The translations under genes and the position numbers were made by a program. Below the pieces are notes generated by a model. That model was not told the origin of the DNA. It ran no database searches and saw only the letters and a program-made list of their open reading frames with translations. DNA of 46,895 nt, from NCBI GenBank assembly GCA_002633005.1, contig NMRA01001030.1, positions 20,818-67,712 of the forward strand, in the 5' to 3' direction. Within the stretch, counting starts at the first letter, position 1, and every line of letters begins with the position of its first letter. This DNA is from Phoronis australis (lineage: Eukaryota; Animalia; Phoronida). Shown here piece by piece: positions 46,015 through 46,895 of this stretch.

Positions 46015-46895
46015 TCACCTAGGATCGAGGCGGAAGTGTTTGGAAGATCGCTTCAAATTTTTTATCGTGTTCTGTACGGTTTCGAACCAGCCACTTTCTG
46101 CGTACACAATTCCCAGTTCGGCACATGTGCGTTTCACGTGCTTGCTAGCACGCCGGAAGTTGTGCCGCGGCATGAGCGGAAATAGGTGATGTTCAATGTG
46201 GAAGTTTAGACCGCCATGAAACCAGTCAAACCACCAGGGGTTGCGAATGTTGATATTGCATTCAATCTGCATACGGTACCAGTTGATATCACGACAAACT
46301 TGTTCTCGTTCATAGAAAGGCTTACTGTAATGATTTATGAGCAACTGTACGTGTAGAACACCTTGCAGAACAGCTGCCATATAGTAAAAGATGGCCGCCG
46401 TGCGCCATGTTGGAAGCAACGAGAGGATGTAGTAGAGCCAAGCGTAGTGAAGAGCGCACGCGACCCACTCGCGCGCACATGTCTCTGACATGAAGCTGTC
46501 GATGGCTATACCTATGCGTCCGAGACATACGGTAAAAGGCACGAATGTTATGTGCTGTATCTTGATGGCGTAATACTGCAGCCAATGTTCAAAGAAAGGA
46601 AACAGTTTCTCATTCTGCGCCCATACCACCTCTTTGGACTGGGGATCGCAGAAACCTGTGACGTAGTCGACGGTGTTTGTTAGCGCGTGGTGGATTATAT
46701 GCTCTGCTCTCCACCAATGAGCGTTCACGCCGAAACAAACAGTACCGAAGAACGTTCCCAGCCAGTTGTCAATGTATGGCACATGGGAAATTTGCGTATG
46801 CATACTGTCGTGCATCAAAAAACCGCACTGCTGCCAAAATGCAGCCAGGAAGACGGCACCAAGGTAGTGATACAGGTTCTCTTGACGAGTGACAA
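46015..46895 (-). CDS. Membrane fatty-acid/sphingolipid desaturase, front-end (delta6/delta8)-like; 5' end outside window; no introns visible
   Basis: Open frame from the window edge (..HYLGAVFLAAFWQQCGFLMHDSMH) with three His boxes HDSMH, HIIHH and HIEHH, plus DWFHGGLNF..LFPLMPRHN; TGA at 46017-46015. Confidence 0.92.
   Translation of the reverse strand, partial: VTRQENLYHYLGAVFLAAFWQQCGFLMHDSMHTQISHVPYIDNWLGTFFGTVCFGVNAHWWRAEHIIHHALTNTVDYVTGFCDPQSKEVVWAQNEKLFPFFEHWLQYYAIKIQHITFVPFTVCLGRIGIAIDSFMSETCAREWVACALHYAWLYYILSLLPTWRTAAIFYYMAAVLQGVLHVQLLINHYSKPFYEREQVCRDINWYRMQIECNINIRNPWWFDWFHGGLNFHIEHHLFPLMPRHNFRRASKHVKRTCAELGIVYAESGWFETVQNTIKNLKRSSKHFRLDPR

Overview
Intron-rich, AT-rich animal genomic DNA, probably from a marine invertebrate (species not determinable). 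It is a draft assembly with single-N joins and two long N gaps; nothing here is prokaryotic. Four protein-coding loci can be built from splice sites and motifs. (1) An MBD5/6-like MBD+PWWP chromatin gene on the minus strand (CDS 15826 to 5854, broken by a gap at 7920). (2) AARSD1/AlaX, a trans-editing deacylase, on the plus strand (18288-34103, 11 exons, 408 aa), head-to-head with MBD5 across a compact promoter with ZNF143-like and TCTCGCGA motifs. (3) A type-I membrane C-type lectin receptor (signal peptide, 2 CTLDs, mucin stalk, TM, Tyr-rich tail) on the minus strand (42670 to 34771). (4) The 3' part of an intron-free, front-end-like fatty-acid desaturase (minus strand, runs off the window). 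The most striking observation is a tandemly duplicated, diverged but intact AARSD1 exon 6 (28714-28830 and 29219-29335). It encodes the zinc-binding CxxxH editing motif, and the copies differ at the editing-pocket position two residues before the Cys (DLCCGTH vs NMCCGTH), suggesting mutually exclusive splicing of a tRNA-proofreading active site. Also notable: a solo-LTR-like element packed with heat-shock elements, a GC-AG intron that could switch the lectin between membrane and secreted forms, a desaturase with H in place of Q in its third His box, and tandem repeats seeded on splice sites. Duplications flanking single Ns are judged to be assembly artefacts.
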